Counted from the first letter of the whole stretch, positions 23,240-35,590 are shown. The stretch is 57,564 bases of DNA, filler included, from Asterionella formosa (GCA_002256025.1; 5 parts of 5 records of this genome joined end to end with filler, not necessarily neighbours in it), one strand, 5' to 3'. Program-made: numbers and translations. The notes: generated by a model not told the origin, from the sequence alone.

Positions 23240-24100
23240 TTGTTTTCATTGGCTGTTTCACTGGACAGCATTCCAATTGATTGTGCTTTGAACGAAGCAA
23301 TGATCAAAGTCCACCCCATTGCAGAATGGTGAGTCTCACAACTAAGTATCAGCCAGTCGATTAAAATTGGACTGTCTTTTGTGCACCATTGCTTGTTGTG
23401 TTTGTACTTCTTGACTTGGCAGCTGTCAGCCAAGAGCAGCCATGGCATGCCACGCACCATTTATTGTCTATACAAGTTTCGAATGCATTCAGCTATGATA
23501 TCTTCTGCTCCCCCCTCCTAAACACTATCTCAGCCACCACCCTTGTCGTATATTTTTCTTTATCATTCAGCTTCACAGGCCCAGATTACTCAATGCCTTC
23601 ATCTGCAAGGAGTTCAGCCAAGCAGATCCACGTTGGCGTCAAGAAAACCTCAACCCCGATTTTCCTCACAAGCTCCACCCATTGACTTCTTCATTGATGA
23701 AGTCAAGGGAGCTATACTGACGACATCAGGTGGCGCAGGCTTGTGTATAGATTGATGATGCCGAAACCAATGCTTCCTTTTCCTGTAGGTATCTATTTAT
23801 CAACATTGTTTGGTTCAATCCATTCTTGTTCCCGCAAGACAAGAAGCAATTATCCCTTTACTTCTATTTATTTTTCACAATTGTCCTGATGTTTGCAGAG
23901 CATTTTTAGTTCCCTTTTGATTTTTCCACTGGTTTCGATCCCTTTGCACCATTCAAGTCAAGAAACAAGCAACTCATTGAGATTTCTGGAGGTCTCGGTC
24001 AGTGGCACCATAAAGCAACAATCAACAGATCATGGCGGCTGTTCTACATTTTCTGTAGCAAGTGACGTTCAAAAAGGGTCTGGGATCATTGGGGAGAAAA
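23240..24100 (-). mobile_element. Heavily decayed Tc1/IS630-like transposase remnant (same family as 47135-50583)
   Basis: Broken frames give TSLRHLM, RKIGVEVFLTP..AELLADEGIE and THHSAM, matching TSLRHMM, QKVGVEVILTPKCHAELAGDGVE and THRCTM of the longer copy. Confidence 0.6.
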
Positions 24101-24479
24101 ATTAGTAGGATTCTCTGTGTTTGCCGCCGCCCGTTTGGCAGCCATTCTACCATTGCTTCCTCTCAATCAATACTAGTATAGCTAATGAAAACCGTAATAA
24201 GATGAAATGTGACTTCCGGTTTCTGATATTTTACATTGTTGCACTACTGAAACTTGAATCCATAAATGGGCATTCAACTTGTGCTTTCTTCTTGCATTTT
24301 TGCAGTATAGACTGGCTGGTGGTCGATAGGCCAAAGTGTCTTGGCGCTTTTCATGAACATCTACAAAGTACTAGTGGTTCTTTTGTTGAGGTTTGTGTCT
24401 AATCCAACTGCTGCCATCCATTGAAATATTCCAGATACATCAAAGAATAGCTATGCTCCTGTCTTCAAAGGTAAGGAAC

Positions 24480-25192
24480 TAGAACGATGACAAAGGAAAT
24501 CTAATGAGACATGAAAATTACGAAACTAGAATCACTGTTACAATAAATAGACAGTCTCATGCTTCATTGTGCATATCGCCTGCTAAGCTGTGTTTCAATT
24601 GTAGATGTATTACGTTCTTGTTAGAGAGACGATGTTATGGAGAAGTAGATATTATGCTGTTCTATAATGAATGTTGTTTAGCTATGATTGAGGTTGCAAC
24701 ACTGATTGATGCTCTGGTGACAGACCGGCGGGAAATATTCGTCTTGTGTGATGAGCCATTTCGTTTTCATTGGATTTCTTTTCAAGCTCTTAACGGGTTG
24801 CATAGTACGAACATACTGTACAATGTAGATGATGATTCATCGAAGACATATGATGACTTGAATGACAAATGAAGATTTTATCACTCACAATCGTTCCTCT
24901 CGACATGGCTGCTTTGTTGTTGTTGCAAGAATCAAAGTGAGGACTGGAGAGGATGATGATGAGCCAAACCACATTTTTTTTAGCTGGTACATTATCATAC
25001 CAAGAAATTCAAATACTGGAATCTAATAGAAGCAATACATATAATGATTAAATATACATAGTCAAAAGGGTTACTATTTAAATTACAAGGGCATTTGAAA
25101 ATTATTAGATGATATAACGAAAAATAATGATCAGATGATCATAATTCCTTGATGCATCATAGGAATCATATGATAGCTTTTATTTGCAGACG
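24480..25192 (-). mobile_element. Terminal segment of an unclassified repeat element (inverted homolog of 39329-40040)
   Basis: 25000-25192 is a clear reverse-complement match to 39329-39540 (e.g. TAGTCAAAAGGGTTACTATTTAAATTACAA); homology ends at TTTATTTGCAGACG. Confidence 0.7.
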
Positions 25193-25520
25193 TAGCTGAA
25201 AACCCCGGTGCAGACCAGCTTCCAATGCCAGTACATTGACACATGCACTCTTCAATTGAATGATGCATGTTGTTGCATTCCCTTCATTTTCGTCAAGCTC
25301 GTTGAGTTTCTTGTTGTTTCTGTTGATTCTTTCATATGTTTGTAGCTCATTGCATACGCTGTAGTTATTGTGTAGCTGAAAACCCTGGTGCAGACCCGCT
25401 TCCAATGCCAGTACATTGACACATGTGCTCTTCAATTGAACGATGCATGATGTTGTTGCATTCCATTCATTTTTGTCAAGCTCCTTGAGTTTCTTGATGT
25501 TTCTGTTGATTCTTCATGTG
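25193..25520. repeat. 180-bp tandem duplication
   Basis: TAGCTGAAAACCC..GCTTCCAATGCCAGTACATTGACACATG...TTTCTGTTGATTCT at 25193 and 25373. Confidence 0.85.
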
Positions 25521-25659
25521 TCAAAAGGGATATGATTTGATTGTGCGTCTGTAAACATGTATCGCCTTCCATTGCTATGATAGTACTTGCCTAGTTTCTT
25601 TTGTTTACATTTTGATTCTTTGACAAAATTGTAAAATGTGCATCCTTCATAGCACTTCG

Positions 25660-27036
25660 TTTTTATGGTATTACAGCTGTTCCAATAAATAACACGTTCT
25701 CACCCCCCTTCTGCTGTCCATCTTTTGCTTGACTGGTGTTACTTTCGAATTCATCAACAAATATGAGTTTGTTGGGATGATTCAAGATGTACTTTGGGGT
25801 CATTCCCAGGGCTCCTTCCTCATTTGCAACAACATCTCCTGATTTGTTCAACCACACTTCTTCATCCAGCTTTTCCGCAATACCCATCTTGTCCTTTTCT
25901 TCATACACATCGCTATACATCTGCTCAAAGTTCCGTATTGTGCACCACCAGGCAGCACGCTTCCTATCGAATTTGACACCTTTCTTTGCCTTGACATGAA
26001 GCCAATTGCGACTCATGAATCTCCTCCAGTGCTTTGATCCCAGTTGTTTAGGCAATCTTGGATCCTCTCTGAATGACACAAGTGACTTTGCAAGTTCCAG
26101 CCCTGCTGCCATGTAATTGGGACTCGCATTTTGGAGAGTTGGTCAATCAGCACAGCAATAATGTATGGCTCAACTTCGAGCGTTAGTAATGTTGAAGCTT
26201 TGTTTTTCCCTGTTTTTTTGCGTTTTGCCCAAGATCTCACTGTTTCTATATTAATTTCAACTCCAGGAGGAATATCAAGCGCCTCTTTTCTCCCCCCAAT
26301 TATGCAGGCAAGTGTGAATCTACTGCTTTCTTATTCTTCTACTGCAGCTCTTCTCTAACCCTCATGTATTCTGTGGCTGACTGAACAATGCATTCTTCGA
26401 TTTTTCTTTGCATCGATGCTGATGCCATTTGAATGGTTCCCTTTGGCCGACCTCCAGTAAGTATGGTTGGTTGTGGGGACAATGACTGTAGGAACACTAA
26501 CTGCACCAGCAGTAGTCGTAGTTGTAGACAATAATTCAATACTATTAATAGCATTGATATTGTCATCTACTGTCATGTCGTCATCCTCTCTTTTTGTCAA
26601 ATTAGATGTTCTACTACTTGAATAGTAAAATGAGCGCATATCTGCCTTGCTAGAATCTCCTGATAGTATAGCCATGTGGGAGACAGAACTAGCACCTGCC
26701 TTTCATAACTAGTAGTCGACTTTCTTTCAGCCAAGGTAAATATCCCTTTTGAGCCTTCACCATGTTGGTAATGGCTCCATATGGGAGCTTTTCATTATTG
26801 TTGGCCTTGATTGCTTCAATTTCTGTAACAATGCCAAGCATGTTGCATTGAATAACCACCAGAGCATAATGACGTGATTCTGTCTCCTTCTTGATGTTGG
26901 AAGCTCGACTTTTTCCTTGGCTTCGGCATGGTGGTGCTGGTTTGCGTGATAGCTGTCTACTGTTTTTCATATTTTGTGGACTGACGGATACAGATATATC
27001 AAAATCCTCAATCAGATATAGGCATGCCCAAATCAT
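25660..27036 (-). mobile_element. Decayed pogo-like (HTH-CENPB + DDE) transposase, 5' part
   Basis: Fragments PYGAITNMV..LPWL, GGRPKGT, EVEPYI..QLSKMRVPI, WRRFMSRN..GVKFDRKRA, LIFVDE..NTSQAKDG; multiple stops and frameshifts. Confidence 0.8.
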
Positions 27037-27835
27037 TTGCCATCTCTGTACAAGTCAATACCAAACAAAATCTATAGTGTTGTTAATCCGGTTAATGTTC
27101 AGACACTAATTAAATCAATGTTGAAATATTTGTATATTTCGCTGTATATTATATGACGTTGAGAACTCTAACTTACCCTAATCCATGTTCTCCATGTTTT
27201 TTGTCGATTCACTTTTTCCTGCAATTACAGAGATGAACACCTGACTCCAAATCTCAAACTAAATACATAGTTGACTAGCCTACATGCTCGAGAAGGAGCC
27301 AGAACTCTCAGAATCTACATTTACTTAAGTTTTGATAGCAAAACTTGTTATTATGCATTAAATGGGTCATGGCAGTTTTTACTGGTACCCTTTTACAATA
27401 CACACACAACTACCATGGAACCCATACGTAGTAAGACATATACATGTACACAAGACTGATCATGAGTAGTACGTGATGCCATATACATGGGTACTTGTAT
27501 GTAGCTTGTAGTACATATTGCATTTTATACCGGCAGCTACATTGGTACAGATGTACCTCTAGAATAGACGTACCACCTATAAACTGGCTGAGAGTCATAC
27601 AAACTTTCAGTTTTGTACTGATATTCATAACAAAACGGGGTAATCTCACGGTTTGAGACGAATATTTGTAATATTATAAATCTGTATTAGACAAAGTTCT
27701 TCCTGTGCATGTAAGGAACAGCATTGTTCGTACTTGAATACTGCAATCTCGTACCAGTTCTTTAGTTATAGTTGCCCAAAATTGGTTGTCAACGGTTTTT
27801 GGTCCAAATCAGTTTTACCCCATTGAGCCTGCATG

Positions 27836-30740
27836 ACTTTTTCAACACATAGGAGAAGCTGAAGCTATATAAATAAATAGCTTGTTTCAACAATGTAATT
27901 CGAGAGTTAAAGCTATCAAGGCTTACAACGGAGGTAAAATGCCATATGGCACTATTTCTAAAGTGGTGGAGGCTAGAAAAAGATTGCTCCCATGGCTATC
28001 AATTAACCATGTCAAGTACCAGATGAAGAAGAACAACCAGCACTTTCTCAGCTGCTATGGGTAATGCCGCCTCATCCTCTCTGACTTTTGTTTCCCTTTC
28101 CACAATGTCAACCAGTGACTTTAATGCTCCTAGGAATCTTGCCCCTGCCATCACCACCAATTATGTTTCCTCACCAGTAGCACCAGCAACCAACCCAGCA
28201 ATTTTTTATTTTATTTGTTTCAAACAAAGCAGAACGAAGAGGAGGGTGGTGGTGAGATATCATTAGATAGCCAGCTAAATGAGCTGACAAGCTCAGAGCA
28301 GAATGACACACACAATATTAAACATACCTGTGAGAATTTTGGTGAGGGCGAGATGAGAACAGCAGATGAAGAAGGCAGTGTTAGTCAACAAACAACCAGT
28401 ATAATAACCGGAGGAAGACCAAAGGGTGCCACTGCAGCTGCTGTACAAGATGTTGGGCAACAACATGAAATTGCCATGAGGGAAATATGTGATTTGTATG
28501 CTGTTGCTCAAGAAAATTTCAAAGATGCCGATAGGTGAGTAAAAAATGGAACACTTGCGATGATCATAACAGAAGCGAAGGCAAGGAATGGACTACCAAA
28601 AGAAACTTTCATGAATAGAAGCACAATTGTCAACAGAGTCTCACAAAAAATGGGGCACTGACATGGAAGGGTAAGCCCGATGCTTGCAACAGAACCATAC
28701 ATGGTGGAATTGATTCATCAACTTGCCGAATGCGAAACCCTATATCTGTCAGTGATGATCTTTGAGTTGCCAACTCCCTAATATCTGGAACTAAAATAGG
28801 AGACAGCATCAATTCACAAAGACAAACTCATTCTTCTGCACACCGATCTAACAAAAATCCGAAACTTGGGATGCATTACTGTAGAGGGTTCATGAAAAGG
28901 AACAAAGATTGGTGACCGCTAAATGAGGTGTCAAATTTGAAAGGAAGCGAGCCGATTGGTGCACTTAAACAATTTTGAAGCAATGTATGAGCAAGTGTAC
29001 AAGGAGATGGTTGTGGGAGGGACTGCTGTTGAATTACCAAATAAGGAATGGTTGAATAAAGAAGGAGTAGCGGTACTTGAGGAAAAGGATGCATTGGGAC
29101 TCCAGACAAAGTATAATGTGACTTGTCCTGACCGGCTGCTTTTTGTTGACGAGGTGGGATCAAACACATCTCAAACTAAAGATGGCAATGTGGGGGGAGA
29201 GTTATTTCTCTGTGGAAAGGGTGAGCGACCACAGCAAAGATCGGCACATAAAGATGCACACTTTACCGTTCTTGGGTTTACAGCTGTAAATGTTAATCCA
29301 ATTATGTGTGCTATCATTTTTGCTGCTAAGACTCTCGAAGATGAATAGGTACTTGGTCTTGATCCTTTTGCATAGTGGGTGGGACGAGATGAAAACAACT
29401 TGTTAGCGAACAGTGGAAAGAACAAAAGGTACCCGCAAGGACCAGTGTGCACAGTTGATGGAGTCAACTTACCTACATACTCTGGTGCCTCTGAAAATGG
29501 AAGTATCACAGCAGAGCTACTTGTTGGAATGCTTGCACACATGGACAAAACCGGAATTTTTGCACGGGACACTGGCCCACCACCTTTCTTAATTCTTGGT
29601 CACGGAAGCCGTTTTGACTTGCTCTTTCTTGAATACATCAATAATCCTGAGCACAATTGGAATGTCTGCATTGGTGTTCCATAGGGGACCTCCTACTGGC
29701 AAGTCGGTGACTCCACTGAACAAAACGGTTGCTACAAGATGGCCATTACAAAAGCGAAGCGGGAACTACTCACCAAGAAAGCGGACCATCGTCAGGAATT
29801 CTCACTCAATAAAGTTGACATTGTCAGAATAGTAAGCACTGCATGGGATGAATCATTTGGTCAAGTTACCTCCAACAGGACTGCAACTGCCAACCGAGGA
29901 TGGGGCCCACTCAACTTTAATGTTCTCAATCACTCTGAAATCCAACTTACAAAGACAACATTGCAAAATGGCACAAAAAAAACAACACTAGAAATGCTAC
30001 TTCTCCCCAAGAATTAAATCTGTCAGATAGATATGCTGGCACTCTAGTTGACCGTGTTGTTGACTACAGGAATCGTGAAGATGCTCGAAATGGAATCAAC
30101 CTTGATGCCCAAGCCCATCTCGACTTATTGCCATTTGTTTGCATTCATGCTCTTGGACCAAATGTGCTTGCATCCTCTGCAATGGTGAGAAAGAGAAAGG
30201 CAGAGAAACTGGTTACTGAGCATAAAAACCAAAGGCAGCATGAATTTATGAAGCTACGAAGCAAATTTATGGCTCTACACGCAGCCAACAAGCCTGAGCA
30301 TATGCTGTCCTCAGTTCCTGAAATTAAGATCCTTGTGTGATGGTTTCGACGCAACGGAGATTTCCTGGCACCACAAACAAGACAAGCCCTACTTACCCAC
30401 TTGGGAGAGACCTCACACTGAGGAGACCAGCAGGCGCCAGCAGAAGAGATCACAACTGCTGTGGTTCTTCCTGCGAGTCGCTCCCATCCCCCCAATTCTC
30501 CCCCCTTGGCCCGCAGTTGACTATTGTGCTGACACACAAGAGGGAAATTGACATTCCATCTGCACTGCATTGCATGCTTCGGGCAAGGAAGATGGAATAT
30601 GAAGGAAGCAACAAAACAAGGAGGCCGAAGCAAAGCGAGGTCGAGGCGAAGGTGGAGAAGCAAACATGCAATCAATCAAAAAATTCTCGCTTGGCTGACA
30701 TGATCTGTCATAGTAGTAATGCCAAACCAGTAGCCTGATG
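27836..30740 (+). mobile_element. Decayed pogo-like transposase, near full length
   Basis: PYGTISKVV..LLPWL, GGRPKG, NFEAMYEQVY, LLFVDEVGSNTSQTKDG, HFTVLGFTA, SENGSITAELL, PFLIL(D)GHGSRF, CIGVP*GTSYWQVGDS; several stops and frameshifts. Confidence 0.85.
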
Positions 30741-31629
30741 TAAGCAGAACACTAATTAGTGACAAACGTAAATAATCCCTATCTAAATCTATATGAAACC
30801 ATCATCAAAACGAATGAAAGTAAGATAATTGACACTAAAACTGAAATAAGATTTGAGTTAAAAGGCAAATGCATTATTTTTTTAAACAATTAATAATAAA
30901 TAGGTAGACGTTGCAACGGACAAATAATATTGTGGCAGGAAAAAGCTTTAGAGTGAACAATAGGGTGATCGAAACCAGAATTTGAATATAAAATTGTCTT
31001 CAAGTACCTATCTTGACAATCAACTTTAGCGGACCAGTTTTACCAACACTTAAAAGGAACAAGAATCGAAGGCCTCCTCCCAAGTCTCAATCTCCCCTTC
31101 GCTAGGTATAGGTGCACCTGCCTTCTGTACAAGACACGAAGAAGAATACCACCATACCACCGGCACTGCACTGTACCACAACCTACAGATGGATTGATGT
31201 CCAGAGGCGTGCGCATCGGACCAGTATGGAATTAATAACAAAGTGCTTATACCATGGAATGGGGTCTTGATGATAGTAGGAAATTCCTCCTTCTTGATTT
31301 TCCCCACTGGTGGTGTCGAAGTTCCTGCTAAAGAAGCAAGCTTCGGAATCAGCTGCTTTCAAGCTCTGGAAACAACTCAATAAACAAGTTAAATTAGCTA
31401 GTTAAATCATTGTTGGACCAGTGCGATGCGATCCATTCACTTTCCCTTTGAAAGAAAGCTCTGCCTAGAAAATTTGGCTGCTGCATGCTGCGCGCTAACA
31501 TTCTCATGATGGCTTATGAAGGACCTGATGGTCACGCATGGCATTGGGAAATTCTATGCATAAACTAGGTACTATCCTTGGCTGGAAATCGACTCACATG
31601 GATTTCAGATGCATTGTTGGTGGTTTAGT

Positions 31630-32077
31630 TTCACCAACGCCATCACCTACTGCGCAACCGACGCTTTTACCCACACTTAAGCCGACTGTTTGCCCTAGCG
31701 TCCCACCTACTGTAAATCATACAGCAAGTCCGACTTTTTATGTGGCACCACCAGTGATGGCAACTGCATTCCCAAGTAGCATTCCAAGCAGCTTCCCAAG
31801 TTTGGGTCTCGGTTCCATATACGGAAATGTCTCAGAAGACACAGATAACAATGATGTCAGTTACGTAAACATAAGAGGCGTTCGCATCACTCTGCTCGAT
31901 TCTTCCAAAAATGCGGTGACATCTACATACACCAATTCGAATGGCAACTATTGTTTCTACGACTTGCCTTCGGGGAGCTATTATGTCGTGGAAGAGAATT
32001 TGAGTGGATACATTGACGTGAAGGACTTGGATGGCCATATTCCAAACGGTAATGCAGTGACGTTGGGTAGTGTGCAG
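31630..32077 (+). pseudogene. Inverted partial duplicate of the SdrD-B/PT-repeat gene (one PT linker + one B domain)
   Basis: Sense-strand match to the minus strand of ~33795-34260 (PTVNxTASPTFYVAPPVMATAFPSSIPSS...GNVSEDTDNNDV...YYVVEENL); diverged but frame open; no signal peptide or C-terminal domain. Confidence 0.8.
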
Positions 32078-32429
32078 ATTGTGATCTTACAGCACTTCCT
32101 GGCCGGCTAATTCTATCCCGAAGCCTTCTATTGCTTTCTTGTATCTTGTAAGGACATGTCAGGGACCAACTAGGCTGTAGATATAAACGACGATGCTACT
32201 GATCGATTGTAATCCTTCTTAAAAGTTTTAACAGAACATCCAAAAAGTTGAAATTACCTGACTCCTCCACAAGGGAGTCACAACCATACCAACACCCTTT
32301 TATCTTGGCCATTGATACAATGCATAAGAAGTTGCAATGAAACTAAGTACTAATGCCCTATAAAAATTTTTATTTATGAATTTCCCCAAAACAATCTCTT
32401 CTTACTTTGAGGATGTTTATTGCAGAGAT

Positions 32430-34511
32430 TCAGTTTGTTTGGCCATTTGTTCCACCAACAGAGTTCAAGTTGCTAGTATTACCTCTCAATCCCTTTTCAT
32501 TCCCTCTGTCTCTAGCTTCACATTTGCTAGGGTAACACTTAATGACATAACGGAAGTGACACAATGAAGCATCAATTCCAGTTTCATCACAAGCCTTGGG
32601 AATTACAAGGGAAGATCCATCCGTTTGTCTATATTGATCTCCATGTTTGTATAGGTCCACAATTGTCACACCATCTACACACAAGGCAGTGTATTCTTTC
32701 GAAATTCCACACTCCTCATCCTTTTGACATGTTAGGTCATTGTTCCTGGCAATAAAATCAGTGGCAACCCATGCACTGGTGCAATCATGCTTCACCATGA
32801 AAGTCATGGTTTCACCATCTTGAGAGATAATCTGGATCTGATCCTCTGTCATCTTTGTCATACAGTTATCAACAGGAATTCTGTGGAAATCAATGGCTCT
32901 GGATAGGCTTTCGCAACTAACTTTGAATTCCTCAGGAAGAATATTTGCATCAATGTTAACGCCATTCAGGAGGCGAAATGAATTGGACTGAGCCGTTGGC
33001 CATGGAGTAGGTTGCACAGTCGGCCATGGAGTAGGTTTCGCAGTCGGCCATGGAGATGGACTAGCAGTGGGTTCACGTGTAGGTGCTGCAGTCGGCACTG
33101 ATGTGGGAAAGAATGTAGGATTGGAAGTAGGATTGAAAGTAGGATTGAAAGTAGGATTGAAAGTCGGTTGGGAAGTAGGATTGAAAGTCGGTCGGGAAGT
33201 AGGATTGAAAGTCGGTTGGGGAGTAGGATTGGAAGTAGGATTATAAGTAGGATTTGGGGTTGGACTCGATGTTGGTTGTCTGGAGTCAGATGGTGAGGAA
33301 CTGGGGAATGAACTTGGATTTTGACTCATACTGGGAAATGCGCTCGGTAATCCTGTCGGACGAGGTGAGGGCAAGTAAGTGGGAAATGCAGTGGGAGAAA
33401 GAGTAGGCCCTTCCGTCGGTTTTGCTGTTGGTACTCCAGTGGGTGGTAATGTCGGTGTTGTGGTCATTCTTCTATCAACAAAGTAGTTGTCCAAATTGTT
33501 TCCTTTTGTGATATCAACGGAAATGCTGTTGAGATTTCCTCCATCACTGTCTCCCACATCCGTATAGCCGTGAGGAGTATCCTCAGTGACGTAATAATTT
33601 CCAGGAGGGGCAATGAATGTGAAGTTTCCATTGGAATCAGTGAGTACAGTCACCGTGGTTCCATTAGGATAATTCAACGTCACGCTTACGCCAGGGATCG
33701 GTGTGTCTCCCTTGCCGTCGTTGTTGGTATCCTCTAACACCTGTCCTGTAATCAAACGCAACTGTTCGTCAACAAAGTCGTTGCCAGTGCTGTTCTGCGC
33801 ACTACCCAACGTCACCGCGATACTGTTTGGAGGAGGGCCGTCCGAGTCCTTCACGTCGATGTATCCATTCAGATTCTCCTCCACGACATAATAGCTTCCC
33901 GAAGGCAAGTCGAAAAAACAATAGTTGCCATTCGAATTGGTATATGATGATGTCAAGGCATTTTTGGAAGAATCGAGCAGAGTGATGCGAACGCCTCCGA
34001 GGTTAACGTTACCGACATCATTGTTATCAGTATCTTCTGAGACATTTCCGCAAATGGAACCGAGTCCCAAACTTGGGAAGCTGCTTGGAATGCTACTTGG
34101 GAATGCAGTTGCCATCACTGGTGGTGCCACATAAAACGTCGGACTCGCTGTAGGATTTACAGTAGGTGGGAGGGTAGGGCTAACAGTCGGCTTAAGTGTG
34201 GGTAGAAGAGTGGGTCCTGGCGTTGGTGAAGGTGTTGGTCCAGGAGATGGTTTCAGTGTTGGCTGAGGGGTAGGACTAGGTGTTGGGAGTGGTGTCGGTG
34301 ACGGTGTTGGTCCAGGGGATGGCATAAGGGTAGGTAGAAGAGTGGGACCTGGCGTTGGTGATGGAGTTGGTCCAGGAGTTGGCTTAAGCGAGGGTTGAGG
34401 TGTGGGACCTGGCGTTGGTGGCAATGTCGGTGATGTGGTCATTCTCTTATCAACAAAGTAGTTGTCCAAACTGTTTCCTTTTGTGAGATCAACGGAAATG
34501 CTGTTGAGATT
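32430..34511 (-). CDS. Extracellular adhesin/mucin-like protein: SdrD B-like (Cna-B) domains, Pro/Thr repeats, C-terminal Cys-rich domain; 5' end lost in the gap
   Basis: B-domain motifs G.V.EDT.N...GV..TL...T.SNGNY.F..L..G.YYV.E...GY.DV.DSDG (two complete, end of a third at 34440-34511); long PTPxPT/PTFN repeats; 8-Cys C-terminal region; frame open to the gap. Confidence 0.85.
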   Translation of the reverse strand, partial: NLNSISVDLTKGNSLDNYFVDKRMTTSPTLPPTPGPTPQPSLKPTPGPTPSPTPGPTLLPTLMPSPGPTPSPTPLPTPSPTPQPTLKPSPGPTPSPTPGPTLLPTLKPTVSPTLPPTVNPTASPTFYVAPPVMATAFPSSIPSSFPSLGLGSICGNVSEDTDNNDVGNVNLGGVRITLLDSSKNALTSSYTNSNGNYCFFDLPSGSYYVVEENLNGYIDVKDSDGPPPNSIAVTLGSAQNSTGNDFVDEQLRLITGQVLEDTNNDGKGDTPIPGVSVTLNYPNGTTVTVLTDSNGNFTFIAPPGNYYVTEDTPHGYTDVGDSDGGNLNSISVDITKGNNLDNYFVDRRMTTTPTLPPTGVPTAKPTEGPTLSPTAFPTYLPSPRPTGLPSAFPSMSQNPSSFPSSSPSDSRQPTSSPTPNPTYNPTSNPTPQPTFNPTSRPTFNPTSQPTFNPTFNPTFNPTSNPTFFPTSVPTAAPTREPTASPSPWPTAKPTPWPTVQPTPWPTAQSNSFRLLNGVNIDANILPEEFKVSCESLSRAIDFHRIPVDNCMTKMTEDQIQIISQDGETMTFMVKHDCTSAWVATDFIARNNDLTCQKDEECGISKEYTALCVDGVTIVDLYKHGDQYRQTDGSSLVIPKACDETGIDASLCHFRYVIKCYPSKCEARDRGNEKGLRGNTSNLNSVGGTNGQTN

Positions 34512-34611
34512 NNNNNNNNNNNNNNNNNNNNNNNNNNNNNNNNNNNNNNNNNNNNTTAATTAATTAANNNNNNNNNNNNNNNNNNNNNNNNNNNNNNNNN
34601 NNNNNNNNNNN
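34512..34611. other. Artificial contig linker
   Basis: N-TTAATTAATTAA-N, 100 bp. Confidence 0.97.
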
Positions 34612-34714
34612 GCTGCTTATTATCGATTTTTATTTTTATTTTGCTACACAACCTATAGTACCATTATTTGCAATTGCAAATGCGTTCATTTTGTGAGCGA
34701 GACAGTAAAACCCA

Positions 34715-34920
34715 GGAAGGTCCCGTAAAACACTTTTTTCACTTAAAAAAAGATTAAGCTAAATATCTCGATGACCGGTCCTTCCAGGGAAGGTCTGGTA
34801 AAACACGTTTTTACTGTCAGAAAAGATTAAGCTTAATATCTCGATTACCGGACCTTCTAATGGAAGGTCTATACTTAAGTAAAGATTAAGCTAAATTTCT
34901 CGACAACGGGACCTTCCAAG
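34715..34920. repeat. Three ~47-bp direct repeats, each ending in a (full or partial) GACCTTCC..GGAAGGTC hairpin
   Basis: AAAGATTAAGCT(A/T)AAT(A/T)TCTCGA...CCTTC at 34749, 34822 and 34881, plus a partial unit at 34715. Confidence 0.8.
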
Positions 34921-35517
34921 CCGAGAATATGTGTGTACACCTTGCTTAGAAAAGAGAGATATATAGCCTTATTACGTATCCACGACGTCGGATTTTGATA
35001 TACCGGTATGTCGGAGGAGGCTCGAGTCGTTTTATAGACGTCTAAATATGTACCGGTGACAGACGGAAAATGATATTTCCGATACATGTTGATAATATAG
35101 CTTTATCCTGTTTTTAAAAGCATTTTGGTTCCGTGAACGAACACATAACACACATGTAGGTTATGGTGGAATGGAGAGGTGGCTGGTATTGATATTCCCT
35201 CTGGGCGAAAGTAGCTGCATCAATTATTGGAACAATCAGTGCCAAGAAGCTTTTTTTAGGACAGATTATGTGAACAACATACCAACTTTCTATGATGCGA
35301 GGGTTGGCTTAGTACTCGAAAAAAAAGCGTTCATGCAACCTTGCTTTTGTGCTTCAAAACAAAATAGGCAATTCAAATTATTGTAAAAAGAATCCTAATA
35401 GTCCTTTGTTTTTATAGATAAATTAATTTTGTCTCATGATGCCAATCGAGCGATGCAAAATGAGGGGTTGATTGCTGTTGTTTCAATTTTCAACTTCTTC
35501 ATGCATCTCTCAGTGAG

Positions 35518-35590
35518 GAATCTTGGCAGCATTCCAGACTTAGTAAGCTTTCCTATGAGAAAGCGTAAGTCTGGAATGCTGCCAAGATTC
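35518..35590. repeat. Perfect 25-bp inverted repeat (hairpin)
   Basis: GAATCTTGGCAGCATTCCAGACTTA (35518-35542) and its exact reverse complement (35566-35590); the loop contains a further GCTTTC/GAAAGC stem. Confidence 0.95.

Noticed and set aside
31050..31380. Gene-like minus-strand fragment (…GAPIPSEGEIETWEEAF)
   Set aside because: Short, no recognisable family or splice structure; cannot be supported
34715..34920. CRISPR array
   Set aside because: Only three degenerate repeats, unequal spacers, no cas genes, eukaryotic context
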